From: Hydrolagus colliei
Lineage: Eukaryota
NCBI GenBank assembly: GCA_035084275.1
Contig: CM068751.1
Location: forward strand, 2,356,001 to 2,420,000
DNA: 64,000 nt
Direction of reading: 5' to 3'
Of the stretch, positions 1 through 12,035 are shown piece by piece. The notes under the pieces are model-generated. The model was not told the origin of the DNA. It made no database searches and was given only the letters and a program-made list of their open reading frames with translations. Each line of letters opens with the position of its first letter. The first letter of the stretch is position 1. The translations under genes were made by a program, and so were the position numbers.

Positions 1-87
1 CTAAATAAATCAATGTACCGCCAGCTGTACCCCCTGGAATTAATTTTGTACCCCTGGGGTACATGTACCCCTGGTTGAGAACCGCTG
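1..87. mobile_element. Terminal fragment of a hAT/Charlie-like MITE, cut by the window edge
   Basis: Ends in ...ggttgagaaccgctg, the reverse complement of a CAGCGGTTCTCAACC Charlie/MER5-type terminus; internal tgtacccc/ggggtaca repeats. Confidence 0.5.
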
Positions 88-143
88 CTCCAGAAGATGA
101 GTGATTTTAATTGCACTGTGCTAATCTTCTATTTTCTTTAAAG

Positions 144-226
144 GGACCTACTCTTCACTTGTATGACCTTCCTGGTCATGAGAGCCTGCGACTTCAATTT
201 TTGGAAAAGCACAAAGCTGAGGCTAG
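144..226 (+). CDS. SRPRB: SRP receptor beta subunit, internal coding exon (GPTLHLYDLPGHESLRLQFLEKHKAEAR)
   Basis: tttaaag| acceptor, |gtga donor, 83 nt; G3 motif DLPGHESLR typical of SRbeta; phase 2 end joins the next exon. Confidence 0.95.
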
Positions 227-331
227 GTGATAATCAATTCTCAAATTATCTGTAAGATTGTCCCGATTTGTATGAGAATTGAACAGAATATTATTTGTTG
301 CATTCAGTGACAAACAGAAGTTTTTGTTTAA

Positions 332-1530
332 AAACAACAACTTCAATTTATTTAGTGCCCTCCACACTGGATGGCGTCTCAGAGCGCTTTACGACAGTGG
401 TTTTCGGGACCGAGCCAGGGGCAGAGGTAGAAAGGTGACCAAAGGTGCGGTCGAAGAGAAAGGTGTTTAACTGGGACCTGAAACTGGGAAGAGCGGGGGA
501 GAGGTGAAGCGAGTGAGGAAGGGAGTTCCAGAGCCCCAGGACGTAGTGGCTGAAGGCACGGCCGCCGATGGTGGAGCAGAGGATTCGGGGGACATGGAGG
601 AGGCCAGACCCGGTGGAGCGAAGGCAATAGGTGCTGGTTTGAGGAGAGGAGGTCGGAGAGGTGGGGTGCAGAGGAGTGGAGGGATTTGAAAACAAGGGTG
701 AGGATCTTGAAATCGATCCTCTCTGGGACAGGGAGTCAGTGAAGTCTGGCAAGGACTGGGGTAATGGGGGAATTGAAGTTTGCTGCGGGTGAGAATGCGG
801 GCGGCAGAGTTTTGAAGGAGTTGAATTTTATGGATTGTGGTGGAGGGGAGACTGGCGAGGAGGGCATTGGAATAGTCCAGCCGAGAGGTGAAAAGGGCAT
901 GGTCCAGGATTTCAGCGGCTTTTGGCCGAGATATTACCAGAGACGGGTGATCTGTCGCAAGTGGAAGAAAGCGATGCTGGTGAGGGACCAGATGTGGGGG
1001 AGAAAAGACAGTTTGGGGTCGAACCTGATGCCTAGGTTGCGTACAGGTTTGGGGAGTTTTAGGGGCAGGCCAGGAAGATGGAGGAGCTGAGAGCCGGAGA
1101 CGTTGACGACAGCGAAGAGTATGGCTTCCATCTTGTCGACATTCAGCTGTAGGAAATTCGTGCTCATGTCTGACAGACCGGCTGACGTAACATCAGGGCA
1201 CTGGGCGTCGTGAAGTGGAGAAATAGAGTTGGGTCTCATCCGCAAACATGTGGAAGTGTGCCGCATGTCTGAGGATGACGTCTCCAAGAGGGAGAGTACA
1301 GATGAGGAAGAGGAGGGGGCCAAGGATGTGGCCAAGGATGGATCCTTGGGGTACCCCACAGGTAACCAGGTGAGAGCGGGAGGAAAAGCCGTTTGTGAAG
1401 ATGTACTAGGTAGGACTCGAACCAGGCAAGTGCGGTCCCACTGAGGTGGATGACGGAGGACAGGCGGTGGAGGAGGATGACTTGGTCGACTGTCGGAACG
1501 CAACAGGCAGGTCCAGGAGGATAAGTAGGG
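332..1530 (-). mobile_element. L2-type LINE, decayed 3' portion (family A tail)
   Basis: Minus-strand peptides NFLQLNVDKMEA, VRNLGIRFDPKLSF, GGRAFS..LWNSLP; (ttg)n tail at about 332-340. Confidence 0.85.
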
Positions 1531-2262
1531 GGAAGGAGAGTGGGAGAGGGGGAAGAGTTAGTGGGGCAGCCGAAGGTGGGGTTGAAGAGGACGGTCTTGA
1601 GACCGGCCTTGAAGGAGGAACGGGAGGAAGCAAAGCGGAGGGGCTGCGGGATGGAGTTCCACAGTGGAATCAGAGAGGCTGAAAGCCCGGCCGCCGACAG
1701 TTGGGCGGTTATGGCGGTGGATGCGGAGCAGGCCTGAGTCTGCTGAGCGGAAGGTGCGGACAGGCTGAGAGGGAGAGTACACGAGGTGCAGAATTCTGAA
1801 TGATCTGCAGCCTGTGAAGGGAGGAGCTGGGAAGGCAGACAAGGAGAGAGTTCCTGTAGTCAAGCCGGGAAGTGATAAAGGCGTGGATGAGGGCTTTGAC
1901 GGCATGGTGGGTGAGGTAGTGGCGGAGTCTGGCAATATTGCGGAGGTGATGGAAGGCTGTGCCGGTCATGGAGTGGATGTGGGGGAGGAAGGATAGCTCG
2001 GGGTCGAACAAGATGCCCAGATTCCTGACTGGCTTCGAGAGGTGAAGAGAGCAGCCTTGAACGCTGATGTTGTCAGCGCCTGAGGTGTGGAGGCGCTGAC
2101 GTGAGCCAATCAGGAGGGCTTCCGTCTTGTTGACGTTGAGTTGTAAGAAATTTGCCCTCGTCCAGGACTTGGATGTCGGACAGACAAGCAATCAAACGCC
2201 AGTAGTCCTGGAATTGAGGGTTGACGCAGATAGGTTGAGTTGGGTGTCATCTGCGTACTCTA
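1531..2262 (-). mobile_element. Second L2-type LINE fragment
   Basis: Peptides YADDTQL, NFLQLNVNKTEALLIG, VRNLGILFDPELSF, SRLDYRNSLL. Confidence 0.85.
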
Positions 2263-2759
2263 CTGTGGACAGGGCAGAAACAGGATTGGAGTTGTCAGAA
2301 AACCCATTATGAATGAAATAGTTGAACTGACCATCATTTTGTTTTGTAACATATTCCTGACAAGGAGTTATTTAAAAAAAATATTATAACTTCACCATTA
2401 TCCACAATTTATTTTGTTTGTTTTCAGTAATTCATTATTCATAAAGGCATTTTAATCTTTAATGATAGATGTAAATTGTTTTCTGGAATCCAATTCTTAG
2501 TCTTGTATTTACATATTTTTAGGCAAAATATACATTTGGAATGTATATTACTCAGATAGTAGGTTGTACAGATCTATAGTTGCAAGTAAATTGGAGTTAT
2601 TCCAGATGTAGTTACCGTTTGAATTAATGTAGGTTTTATTACGATATCGATCTTATTTGAAATGGTAAGTGAAGGCAACAGACAAGAATCATATTTTCCA
2701 GAACCCTGTAACTGTACTGTGCTCACTGTGCTTGACTATATATTTGTGCATTTATTTAG

Positions 2760-2896
2760 GGCCATCGTGTTTGTGGTGGACAGTGTGTCATTCCAGAAAG
2801 AGGTAAAGGATGTCGCCGAGTTCCTCTACACACTGCTGACAGACCCACAGATTGTGAATAATGCAACTCCCCTCCTGATTTCCTGTAACAAACAAG
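2760..2896 (+). CDS. SRPRB: SRPRB exon (AIVFVVDSVSFQKEVKDVAEFLYTLLTD...LLISCNKQ)
   Basis: tttag| acceptor, |gtac donor, 137 nt; contains the start of the G4 NKQD motif; phases match neighbouring exons. Confidence 0.96.
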
Positions 2897-2939
2897 GTAC
2901 AAGAATTATGTATATTCTAAAAAGCTTGTGGGTGTGTAC

Positions 2940-3395
2940 TAGGGTCCGTCGATATGGAAATTTTCCGATTTAGATATATCGATGGGCTCATATCGAGATA
3001 TACAGAAATATCGATGTCTTCAGGTTTTTCGTACTGCATTCGGGGCCTATCTCCTCAGGAGGTAAATATCTTTCTCTGTGTCTCTCACTCTCTCCATCTC
3101 TGTGTTTTTCTCTCTGTGTCTCTCTCACATCCCCCCCCATCTCTATCTGTATATTATCACATCCACCCCGTCTCTTCCCCCAGCCGTCTCTTTCCTCCTC
3201 GCCCCCCCGCCGTCTCTCTTCCCCCCCCCCAGAATGAGCATTCTGGGTCTTGTAGTTCAGTGTGCAGCATTCCGATTTTTTACCTCGATATATCGATTTT
3301 TCGATATATCAATATTTTTGAAATGCCTATATCGGCGTATCGATATGAAAATTATATTGGGTTTTAGCGATATATCCATATATCGCCGGACCCTA
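2940..3395. mobile_element. Non-autonomous hAT-superfamily MITE
   Basis: TIRs tagggtccgtcgata / tatcgccggacccta; perfect 8-bp TSD gtgtgtac at 2932-2939 and 3396-3403; subterminal atcgat/atatcg repeats. Confidence 0.9.
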
Positions 3396-4114
3396 GTGTG
3401 TACATTAGATTCATTAAAATTGTATTGCCTTATAACTGAGGCAATATTGGTCCCTTTGTTCAAGTGACTTTTGTATTCTCTGATAAAAGTAAACGTGCTT
3501 GTAACACATCTATGTGATGAGCCAAAAGACTCTCCATGCTGTTGATATCTAAATTGTTTTGTGCTTAGTACACCATCTAATATCTGTTGGTTCAGGGAAT
3601 GCCTTTAATTTTGTACCTCTCAGCTTCCTCTCCCGACCAGGAAAGACACGGGTTTTATGAAGTTTCCAAAACATGGGATCTATTTTTTATGTTGTCGCTC
3701 GTGGACATAATCTCATGGATGTCTAGAATTTAGTGAGGCTAACTAGCTGAATGGACATTGAAGTTTTTAATGTCTGTCATTGTGTCACATAAGAATCCTT
3801 TAATTTCACTTGTTGCAATTCTTGAATAGCTATTGCTTGCTGCCCAGTGCTGCTTGGAGTGTTGCAATTCTGAGATTTTGTCTAGCAACACCCACATGTT
3901 CATTTTTGAATCACTTACATTTATTGCTATTCAACTGTCAGATTCCATCGCAATGTTACTTCTAATAATTATAATTGTGCTTTTGATGTAACATCTTATC
4001 ATCTCATTGAGGCATCTCAAAGCGAGTCACAGGATATACTGTTAAGTTGGTGTCTGCAATTTGGGGACAAAACTAGTTCTTGATTATTGAGATGGCTGTT
4101 GTAGTTATCTGATA

Positions 4115-6572
4115 CAGTTGAAGCCCGTTTAGCCGGCACCCTCGGGACCGTGCCGGTTAAAGAGTCTACCGGATATTCAACAATAACAACATAAACTTAT
4201 AAAGCGCCTTTCACGTCGGGAGGACGTCCCAAGGCGCTGCACAGGAGGCGTGTGACCCGAGCTGGGAGGGGAGTGATCGGGAAGGAGTGAAACACGTAGG
4301 GGAGGTCGAAAAATTCGGGGGGGAACAAAAGGCACGGTTGAAGAGGAAAGTCTTCAAACCGGCCTGGAAAGGGAAGAAACAAGATGGAGGGATTGGGGGA
4401 TGGAATTCCACAGGGTGGGAGCGGAAAAACTGAAAGCCCGGCCTCCGATGGTGGGGCGGTTCGGGCAGGGGGCTTGGAGCAACAACAACAACAACAACCA
4501 CAACAACAATTTACATTTATATAGCGCCTTTCACGTCGGGAGGACGTCCCAAGGCGCTAAACAAGAGGCGTGTGACCCGAGCTGGGAGGGGAGTGTTTGG
4601 GAAGGGGTGAAACACGAAGGGGAGGTAAAAGAGTTCGGGGTGGAACAAAAGGCACGATCGAAGAGGAAAATCTTCAAATCGGCCTTGAAAGAGGAAAGGG
4701 AAGAGGTGAAACAGCAGGCCAAGACCTGCTGAACGGAGGGTCCGGGTGGGCTTATAGGGGGAAAGTAAGTCGGTTAAATAGGGCGGGGCAAGGACTTGAA
4801 GGTGAGGACGAGGATCTTGAACTCGATCCTCTGGAGGATGGGGAGCCAGTGGAGACGGGCGAGGGTGGGGGTTATGTGGTCGCGGATGCGGGTGCGGGAT
4901 AATACACGGGCTGCAGAGTTTGGGATGACCTGCAGCCTGTGAATGGAGGAACTGGGGAGGCCGACGAGGAGAGAGTTTCCATAGTCCAGCCGTGAGGTGA
5001 TGTATGCGTGCACGAGTGTTTCGGCAGCGTGGGGGGTTGAGGTAGTTGTGGAGCCTGGCAATGTTGCGCAGGTGGAAATAAGCGGTGCCGGTCAAGGCAC
5101 GGATGTGGGGGAGGAAGGAGAGTTTATGGTCGAATGTGATGTCGAGGTTCCTGACTGGTTTTATGAGGTGGAGAGTACAGCCTTGGATGTTGAGGCTGGC
5201 AGCGCCCGATGTGTGGAAGCGCTGGCTTGAGCCAATCAGGAGGGCCTCGGTCTTGCTCACATTCAATTGGAGGAAGTTGTCCCTCGTCTAGGACTCAATG
5301 TCGGACAGACATGCTGTCAGAACATCGATGGTCTGGGGGATGAGGCAGAAAGGTACAGCTGGGTGTCATCCGCATACATGTGGAAATTTACCCCATGTTG
5401 GCGGGTGACATCGCCCAGAGGGAGCGTATAAATGGTGAAAAGGAGGGGGCCGAGGACAGAGCCCTGGGGGACGCTGTTAGAAACTGTGCGGGGGTTTGAG
5501 GAGAAACCGTTCGAAGAAACAAAATGTAGGCGGTGGGTCAGGTAGGAATGGAACCAGTCAAGGACTGTGCCTTGAAGGTTGAGGTGGGAGGAAAGACGTT
5601 GGAGGAGGATGGTGTGATCGACTGTGTCGAACGCAGCAGACAGGTCGAGGAGGACGAGGAGGCAGAGGGAGCCCTGGTCGCAGGCGGTTAAGATGTCATT
5701 AGTGACCTTGACCAGGGCAGTTTCCGTGCTGTGAGCAGGGCGGAAACCTGATTGGAGGGGTTCAAGAAGTGAATGAATTGAGAGTAAAGAGTGGAGCTGG
5801 GAGGCAACCACTCTTTCAAGGACCTTAAATATAAACGGGAGGTTGGAGATGGGTCGGTAGCTTGATATTCGGCCGAAAACCCAACACAAGTTTTTTAATT
5901 TTAAAAAAAAAAACATAGCATATTATTAATAGACTAATCATTTATATGATAACGTAATATATAAGTAATAATTATAATCATTTTACACACAGCGATCAGG
6001 CGATCAGAGATCTTTAAACTAGTGCAAAAGTTACACGTCTGAATGACACTGTTCTCATTGGGGGCAGAAGAGAGAAAAGCTTGTGTTATTGAGAAAGCAG
6101 AGAGTGAGCGGTGGCCGCTCAGTTCAGTTAACTTTCTTTCCAAAAAGCCTTGCTGTGTGTGTGCACTAAATTGAAACACTACACTCTGTAAAACGAGCAT
6201 TGCAGGGATGAGTCTTTTTTTAATTAAAATAAAAGCCAATGAATTGATCTGCAAGCTTTGCTCAGGGTGGGTGTGTATTTTGCTGTTTTGTGGCTAAATT
6301 AAATCTAAATTACTCAACTCACCCCACTCTGCCTGTCAAAGAGTACACTCCGGAGAGTGCATTGCTTTACAGTACCGGCAGCATTCTGAGCTAGCACCAC
6401 CATCAGGCACCTAGTAGCAGCATTCCAAAATACTGATGCAACAGAAAATACCCAAAAAATGCATTTTTTTTGATAAATTCCAGTTTATCGAATGCAGACC
6501 TTTTTTTTGCGGTGCTGGTTATACAGAAGTTACGGTTACGTGATCGGGTCACGGATAACTGGGCTTCTACTA
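4115..6572. mobile_element. Tc1/mariner (Tigger-like) MITE interrupted by an L2 insertion
   Basis: ta|cagttgaagcccgtttagccgg left end and ggataactgggcttctacta|ta right end; same ends as copies at 32950, 39699, 43241 and 61577. Confidence 0.75.
4179..5863 (-). mobile_element. L2-type LINE, 5'-truncated, with RT core and a duplicated 3' end
   Basis: [59 protein letters not shown]; two (ttg)n tails at about 4179 and 4480; flanked by gatattc direct repeats. Confidence 0.92.
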
Positions 6573-7026
6573 TAGTATGTTTATTTGGGGTTATCAGCTA
6601 CTTGAATAAAGTTGTCAAATAATTTGTCAGCGAATTGTAATAGTATCTTATCTTTGATGCAGTCAGTCTTATCTTAGTATTTATAAAATGCTTTTATTTG
6701 AGGTTGAGGTTGCACAGAGGCAAGCCAAGTTGCAAAAGTTGTGAATTGTTTTAGCCCACAATCACACAAAAATCATTTACCATAGGTAATTATAAAAATA
6801 AATGTTTCCTCCATTGCCATGTTTTGGGATAGATGAGATAGGGGAGGAATATAGCAATGTACTTGCTTCTTGAGACAGCAGTTAGACAGATGTCTGCAAA
6901 AGATCTGCAGTCTGTATAAAAATGCTGACAGGTGAGTATATTTTTTTTTAACTGGATTGTCTAATGCCTAGTGCCACATCAATCTTGTTGATGCATTTAA
7001 TCTATCAATATTCTTTCTCATTCTAG

Positions 7027-7081
7027 ATGTGAGGATGGCCAAATCAGCAAAATTAATTCAACAGCAACTGGAAAAAGAAAT
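7027..7081 (+). CDS. SRPRB: SRPRB exon (DVRMAKSAKLIQQQLEKEI)
   Basis: ttctag| acceptor, |gtaagt donor, 55 nt, in phase. Confidence 0.95.
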
Positions 7082-7416
7082 GTAAGTTTTGTTTTCCCAA
7101 GACACATCTCTTAACTGAAAATCTGGAAGTCTAATTGATGTGGAATTTTCAATCCTTATGCTTTGATCAGTTTGAAAGGATTGGTGCTGTGTGGGCTGTT
7201 AACTATTTTTTTGCCTATTATATATATCGCTGAATGCATCTCAGGGAATTATGATTTGTGTGCAAGTCACTGAAGGCGATGTTTGGTTTTTGCTAATATT
7301 TCATACTGGCTTGAAAATAATCAGATTGCCTCCTATCCTTAGGTATAATACTTCATTTTTTAATAAACATTTTGGGGCATTATTTAATAATACTTTTTAT
7401 GTTTCACCCTAAATAG

Positions 7417-7633
7417 CAACACTCTGCGGATGATTCGCTCTGCTGCACCAAGTTCTTTAGATGAATCCGGTATTGGCAGTGCAGTACCCTTGGGAAAGAA
7501 AGGGAAGGACTTTGATTTCTCACAGGTGCCCGTGAGAGTTGATTTTGTGGAATGTAGCGCAAGAGGAAACAAAGGAGAAGACGGAGAGGCCGACCTTGGG
7601 AATGTGGAAACATGGTTGCTTAGGATAGTATGA
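7417..7633 (+). CDS. SRPRB: SRPRB last coding exon (NTLRMIRSAAPSSLD...VECSARG...ETWLLRIV*)
   Basis: aaatag| acceptor; conserved NTLR..RSAAP, LGKKGKDFDFSQ, FVECSA; TGA at 7631-7633. Confidence 0.96.
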
Positions 7634-7990
7634 GCTCTAAGTCATTGAGGAAAAGTTATTGGAATGAAGAATGTTGCATTGTTTTTGCCATGTGTCCTGT
7701 ATGTATTGAGACTGTATAATTGCTCAGCAAACACATTCCAAATAGGATTGGAGTATAACTGACTATTGTTTTGCTGGTAAACAAGTTTACATTTACTCAA
7801 TGGAAGGAAGTAAATGTTCTGAAAGTGTGGAGTTCACCCTAGCTGTATTTTTCATCTTGAGCAAACTGAATTTGCTTCTTCCACATGTTAGCTATATCTA
7901 TTTCCATATTTGGAATTAAATAGTATTTGTCTTTTTTTACCCACTGCTTTGCCTTAATTGCGGGAATGTCATCTTGTATGGAAATTTAAC

Positions 7991-7996
7991 AATAAA
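7991..7996 (+). promoter_or_regulatory. Candidate SRPRB polyadenylation signal AATAAA
   Basis: First canonical AATAAA I see after the stop, about 360 nt downstream. Confidence 0.45.
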
Positions 7997-8849
7997 GGTC
8001 AAGGATTTAATTAACCTCAATTAATGCAACCTGATGGTTTTGTATTTGAAGGTGCTTGAAGTTTGCAGTTGTAAACTAAATATTTTTCCAGGAACAGATT
8101 GGTGAAAAAAAAAACACAGCTTGTAATCACTTTTTCACTGACATGAAATCGAATGACTATCTTTTCGAACTCTGGATTGATTCTAGTCCAGCACTGTAAA
8201 ATTGCTGTTTCAAGCTACATCAGTGATCCAGAAATGATGGTGAGCTGTTATATTATCTGTCTGATAGTTATGATGTTTTTTGGACATTGTACATCTCTGG
8301 TATATGCTGTAGATGCCCAATTCATCAGTAGAGTATTGAACACTTAAGATTACAATGGTCAAATATGCTGTTTAAGTGTTTCAGTAATTTATCATGTAAA
8401 CTGACCTCTAAAGCATTTTACAATGAATGTACTGCTTTTCACTTACACTAATGCAATGCTTTTGACAGTGATTCATTTCTCATTGAATGCAGAATAGTGA
8501 ATGCCTGTGCTCATATTTGAGTCTGAATGGATGAACCATTTGTTAGACTTTATCTGTTAGTCTGTTGCAATGTACAGGTAGACTAGGGTCTAATTTGTAG
8601 GGTTTTGTACACGGGTGTAACAAGCCAAAATGGTATTTGGATCTGATGGGAATGGCTTTGTTTTGGCATTTTAAATCAGACCATGCATTAATCACACTTG
8701 TTCACAGATGTTTTAAAATATTTTGTGTTCAGTGTGGAAGGTTAGTGTATTCTTTCAACATCATGTAAGGAAGAGAAGAATCTGGTCACAGATTTTAGCT
8801 TCACAAATGAATACAAGACTCAGAACACTTTAATTATATGGTAAGACAC

Positions 8850-8855
8850 TTTATT
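8850..8855 (-). promoter_or_regulatory. Candidate RAB6B polyadenylation signal AATAAA
   Basis: tttatt on the + strand, with ATTAAA about 20 nt further downstream on the minus strand; about 1 kb after the RAB6B stop. Confidence 0.5.
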
Positions 8856-9888
8856 GAGAGTTTGACAGACATGCTTCCTTTCTATTACAGTGCTTAGGGA
8901 AACTCCCCCTGCAGCTCACACTCCAGTTCTGAGCTGTGTTTTCTCAACTTCTTTAAAGCCACTGCACCTGGGCCAGTCCACAACAGTGAGTAGAGACTGC
9001 CTTGACTAATTGTTAATGATGCTGAAACTAAATTATACTATCCTTTCTAAATAATACTGTCCCTACATGGGCATCTTTCTCCCAGTTATGAACCCTTACA
9101 ATTGAATAAAAACAGGGCCAGACTGTTTCCATCAAGACTCTTGAGAACCCTCGTACATTCCAAGGCACAGATTGTAACCAGAAATAAATCTAATGTGGTC
9201 AAATAAACAAATCAATGCTAGTTTCAAAAAAAACAACTGAAATCACCCCTTCCTTCAGTAACCCATTAACCAAACAAAACCCATTTCTTCCTCAATTGTA
9301 AGGTGCAGAAATGTTGGAATGGTTGACTGACCCTGGTTGTGGCTGTACTCACCTCGAGCAGTTACCCAGAACTATTGCTCTAAAGCTAGCTAAAACAGAC
9401 ACGCACTGGACCCAGAAAAACTCCCCCTAAAAGTTGTCCAAATTCTAAACTACTTTAACCTTTCTTTTTATACAGGAATGTGACACGCAAAAAAGCCACT
9501 CTGTGATGCGACTGCTAAAGAAACTCGCTTGATCCCGGTGGATAAAGGACCCCGTCTGCATCACAATTGTGCTTTTCTGCTGATACAAAAATACAAAAAA
9601 AAATTGTACCGTTCCAGTTATTGAAAAAGTGCGTTTACAGAAACTCAAAGAATGCTTCAAGGTTGCCTACAGTTTCTACTTTTTTACATTTTTTGGGGCA
9701 AATCTTTACTCAATAAAATACATTATGTTACAACAGAAGAAATAAATACACCATAGTTTAGTTTCTAAGCAACGGTAATCGGACAGAAAGCCAACATTCA
9801 GTCCGAGAAATTAACGGGAAGCTAACCGATAGGAAGCAACACGACAAGCACGCGGTGTTAATGAAGCTGACCAATCTAAGGCTCTCTA

Positions 9889-9953
9889 TTAACAAGAACA
9901 ACCTCCTTCGCTGGCTGGGGGCTCTTGAGCTTTATCCAGCTTGATATCGATCA
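9889..9953 (-). CDS. RAB6B: RAB6B last coding exon (MIDIKLDKAQEPPASEGGCSC*)
   Basis: ccttag| acceptor; CSC prenylation motif then TAA; LDK..EPPASEGGCSC is RAB6B-like rather than RAB6A-like. Confidence 0.95.
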
Positions 9954-10591
9954 CTAAGGACAAAATGTTAAAGAAAACCCAGTATGGTGGACAAAATACT
10001 TGAAACTTTACAAAACCTCTACATTCTTTACTGCAAATGTGCAATGTATTTTGTGTGATTTGAGTCAAACACTTGAAGCAGATGAAGGAATTGAATCTTT
10101 AAACATTCATCTTACTTGATTTTGGGTCCACACCCACTGGAAATAACAAAACATCACTTGATTTACACTGAAGTTCAAATATCTCATATGAAGTCTTAAC
10201 TTTGAAGAGATACCAGAATTCCCAGTTTTCAAATAAGTTTAAAGTTACCCAAATCGGAAATCATCAGAAAACTTTCCCACAACAGTGCAGTACCTTGAAC
10301 CACAAATTCACTCTATATGCATGTTTTTCAGAATACTAGATAACACATTTCCAATAATGACTCGATTTGAAAGAAAATAACAACAACTAATCAAGCACTA
10401 CCCAAGTTCCACATGCCATCACTAATGTACAACTATTTGAAATGTTAGAGATATATATAGAGAAATATATATATGAAATATATATAGAGATTTTTTAAAT
10501 TGGGTTTTGATTAAATTAGTCAAATTTAATAATATTTGGACCTTGAAAGTATCCCTGCCCTAAACAATGTCAAACAATCAGAAAAGGATAC
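9954..10591 (-). other. U12-type (minor spliceosome) GT-AG intron of RAB6B
   Basis: 5' site GTATCCTTTT matches RTATCCTTT; TTTCTTTAAC branch-like motif ending 13 nt before the exon. Confidence 0.85.
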
Positions 10592-10658
10592 TTCCTTCTT
10601 TACTCTTTTCCTGCATGCTCTCCATCCCAGGCAAAGCTGCTGCCACGCGTCGGAAGAG
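10592..10658 (-). CDS. RAB6B: RAB6B exon 7 (LFRRVAAALPGMESMQEKSKEG)
   Basis: ttcag| acceptor, 67 nt; QEKSKEG is RAB6B-like. Confidence 0.96.
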
Positions 10659-11894
10659 CTGAAAGAATCATGGTTTAAAACATTAACAGGCACAAAACTA
10701 TCCACCTGTTGAAACTTACCAAATAGTGATGGTATAATTTATGATACGATGCACAACAAGGTTCTTATGAAAATTATTGTAAAAGATGTAGTCTCGTGTA
10801 TTACCCTGAATTGGAAACTTCTTCAAAAGTAAGTTAAGTTATTGAAACTCAAAATACTTATAATCTCATTGTCTGTCACCAGGAGATCAAACCTTTTGTT
10901 TTTTTAAAAAACTGCAATGATGGGAAAAAAATCAGTTTACTGATCACATTTTAGAATAAAGGATAACAGCCAATCAATTAACTGAAAACCGATAAAAATT
11001 TGCACCCTTCACAAGCATTGATAGCTCTTAACAATACAGAAACTGACGTTTTGTTTATGTTCTCCAAAGACTGTTTTTTTTAATAAGTATTGGATGCCTT
11101 TCAGACTGGCATTTCCCCCAACCTTGAGCAAGACAGATAAGCAGATTCGCACCATATGCTTTGTCCAAGTGTTAAGTTGCTTTATACAAATTGACCGATA
11201 GAAATCGAGAGCAGCCTTCACTATGCTCTTTGTACTGATTGAACGACCCACACTCCCCTTTGCTTACACTGAAGCTAGTCCCTCGGTAATAAAGACAACA
11301 GAAAGTAACCTGCAGTCATTTAAAGATTATGAATTGGCTGCTCACAATGAGTGCCACAGCTGTAATAATGATTAGATAAGATACAGGCACACACACAAAC
11401 ACTCCAGCGTGTAATACTCACTTGGATGTACAGTGGTGACAAATCAGCACTGAAAAATAACCACTGCTGATAAAAACAGCAGATTCTTTTGCAGATGGTT
11501 TGTTTCTACAGTTTGGGAAAGGCAGAGATTCAGTGGCCATCATGGCACCACATGACTACCCGGGACAACGCCCTTCTCTTCACAAGTCAAACATTGATAT
11601 GGTCCTCTGGGAAATGTCAAAACTCAAATGTTCTCAAAGGGCAGCTTCTCCAAATCTGTTACCCAAACCCTACCACGCACTAAATCCACAGCTCATTCAA
11701 ATGTTAATGAAACAAAAATCCCAAAGAATTGATTTTCAATCAACCAGTTTCCCTTTGATGTACAGCTGACTTCAAATGCAAGAGTGGATAAGATAAGACT
11801 GCTATCTAATGCTGTTGCCATCAATAGGTTGGGAGGGGCGGCCTTAGACTAAGAGAGTAAAAACCATCTGGGTGAGATTGGACAGTTAATGATG

Positions 11895-12035
11895 AGTTCT
11901 GATGAAAGATCGTGGACCTGACAAGTTGACTCACAGTTCCTCTCTCCATAGATGCTGCCTTGCATGCTGAGTGTTCCCAGCGACTTCCGTTTTTGTTTCA
12001 GATTTACAGCATCTGCAGAATTTTGTGGTTTTGTT
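11895..12035 (+). repeat. Penelope-like terminal repeat relic
   Basis: ctgatga..gacctga..ccatagatgctgcct..gctgagtgttcccagc..ttttgtttcagattt.cagcatctgcag; same family as 63640-63862; family assignment from memory of shark repeats. Confidence 0.5.

Noticed and set aside
279-2312. Many overlapping 60-190 aa ORFs
   Set aside because: They are alternative-frame or antisense readings of GC-rich L2 fragments
2954-3467. 137-aa and 129-aa ORFs
   Set aside because: They lie within a non-autonomous MITE, are low complexity and have no transposase motifs
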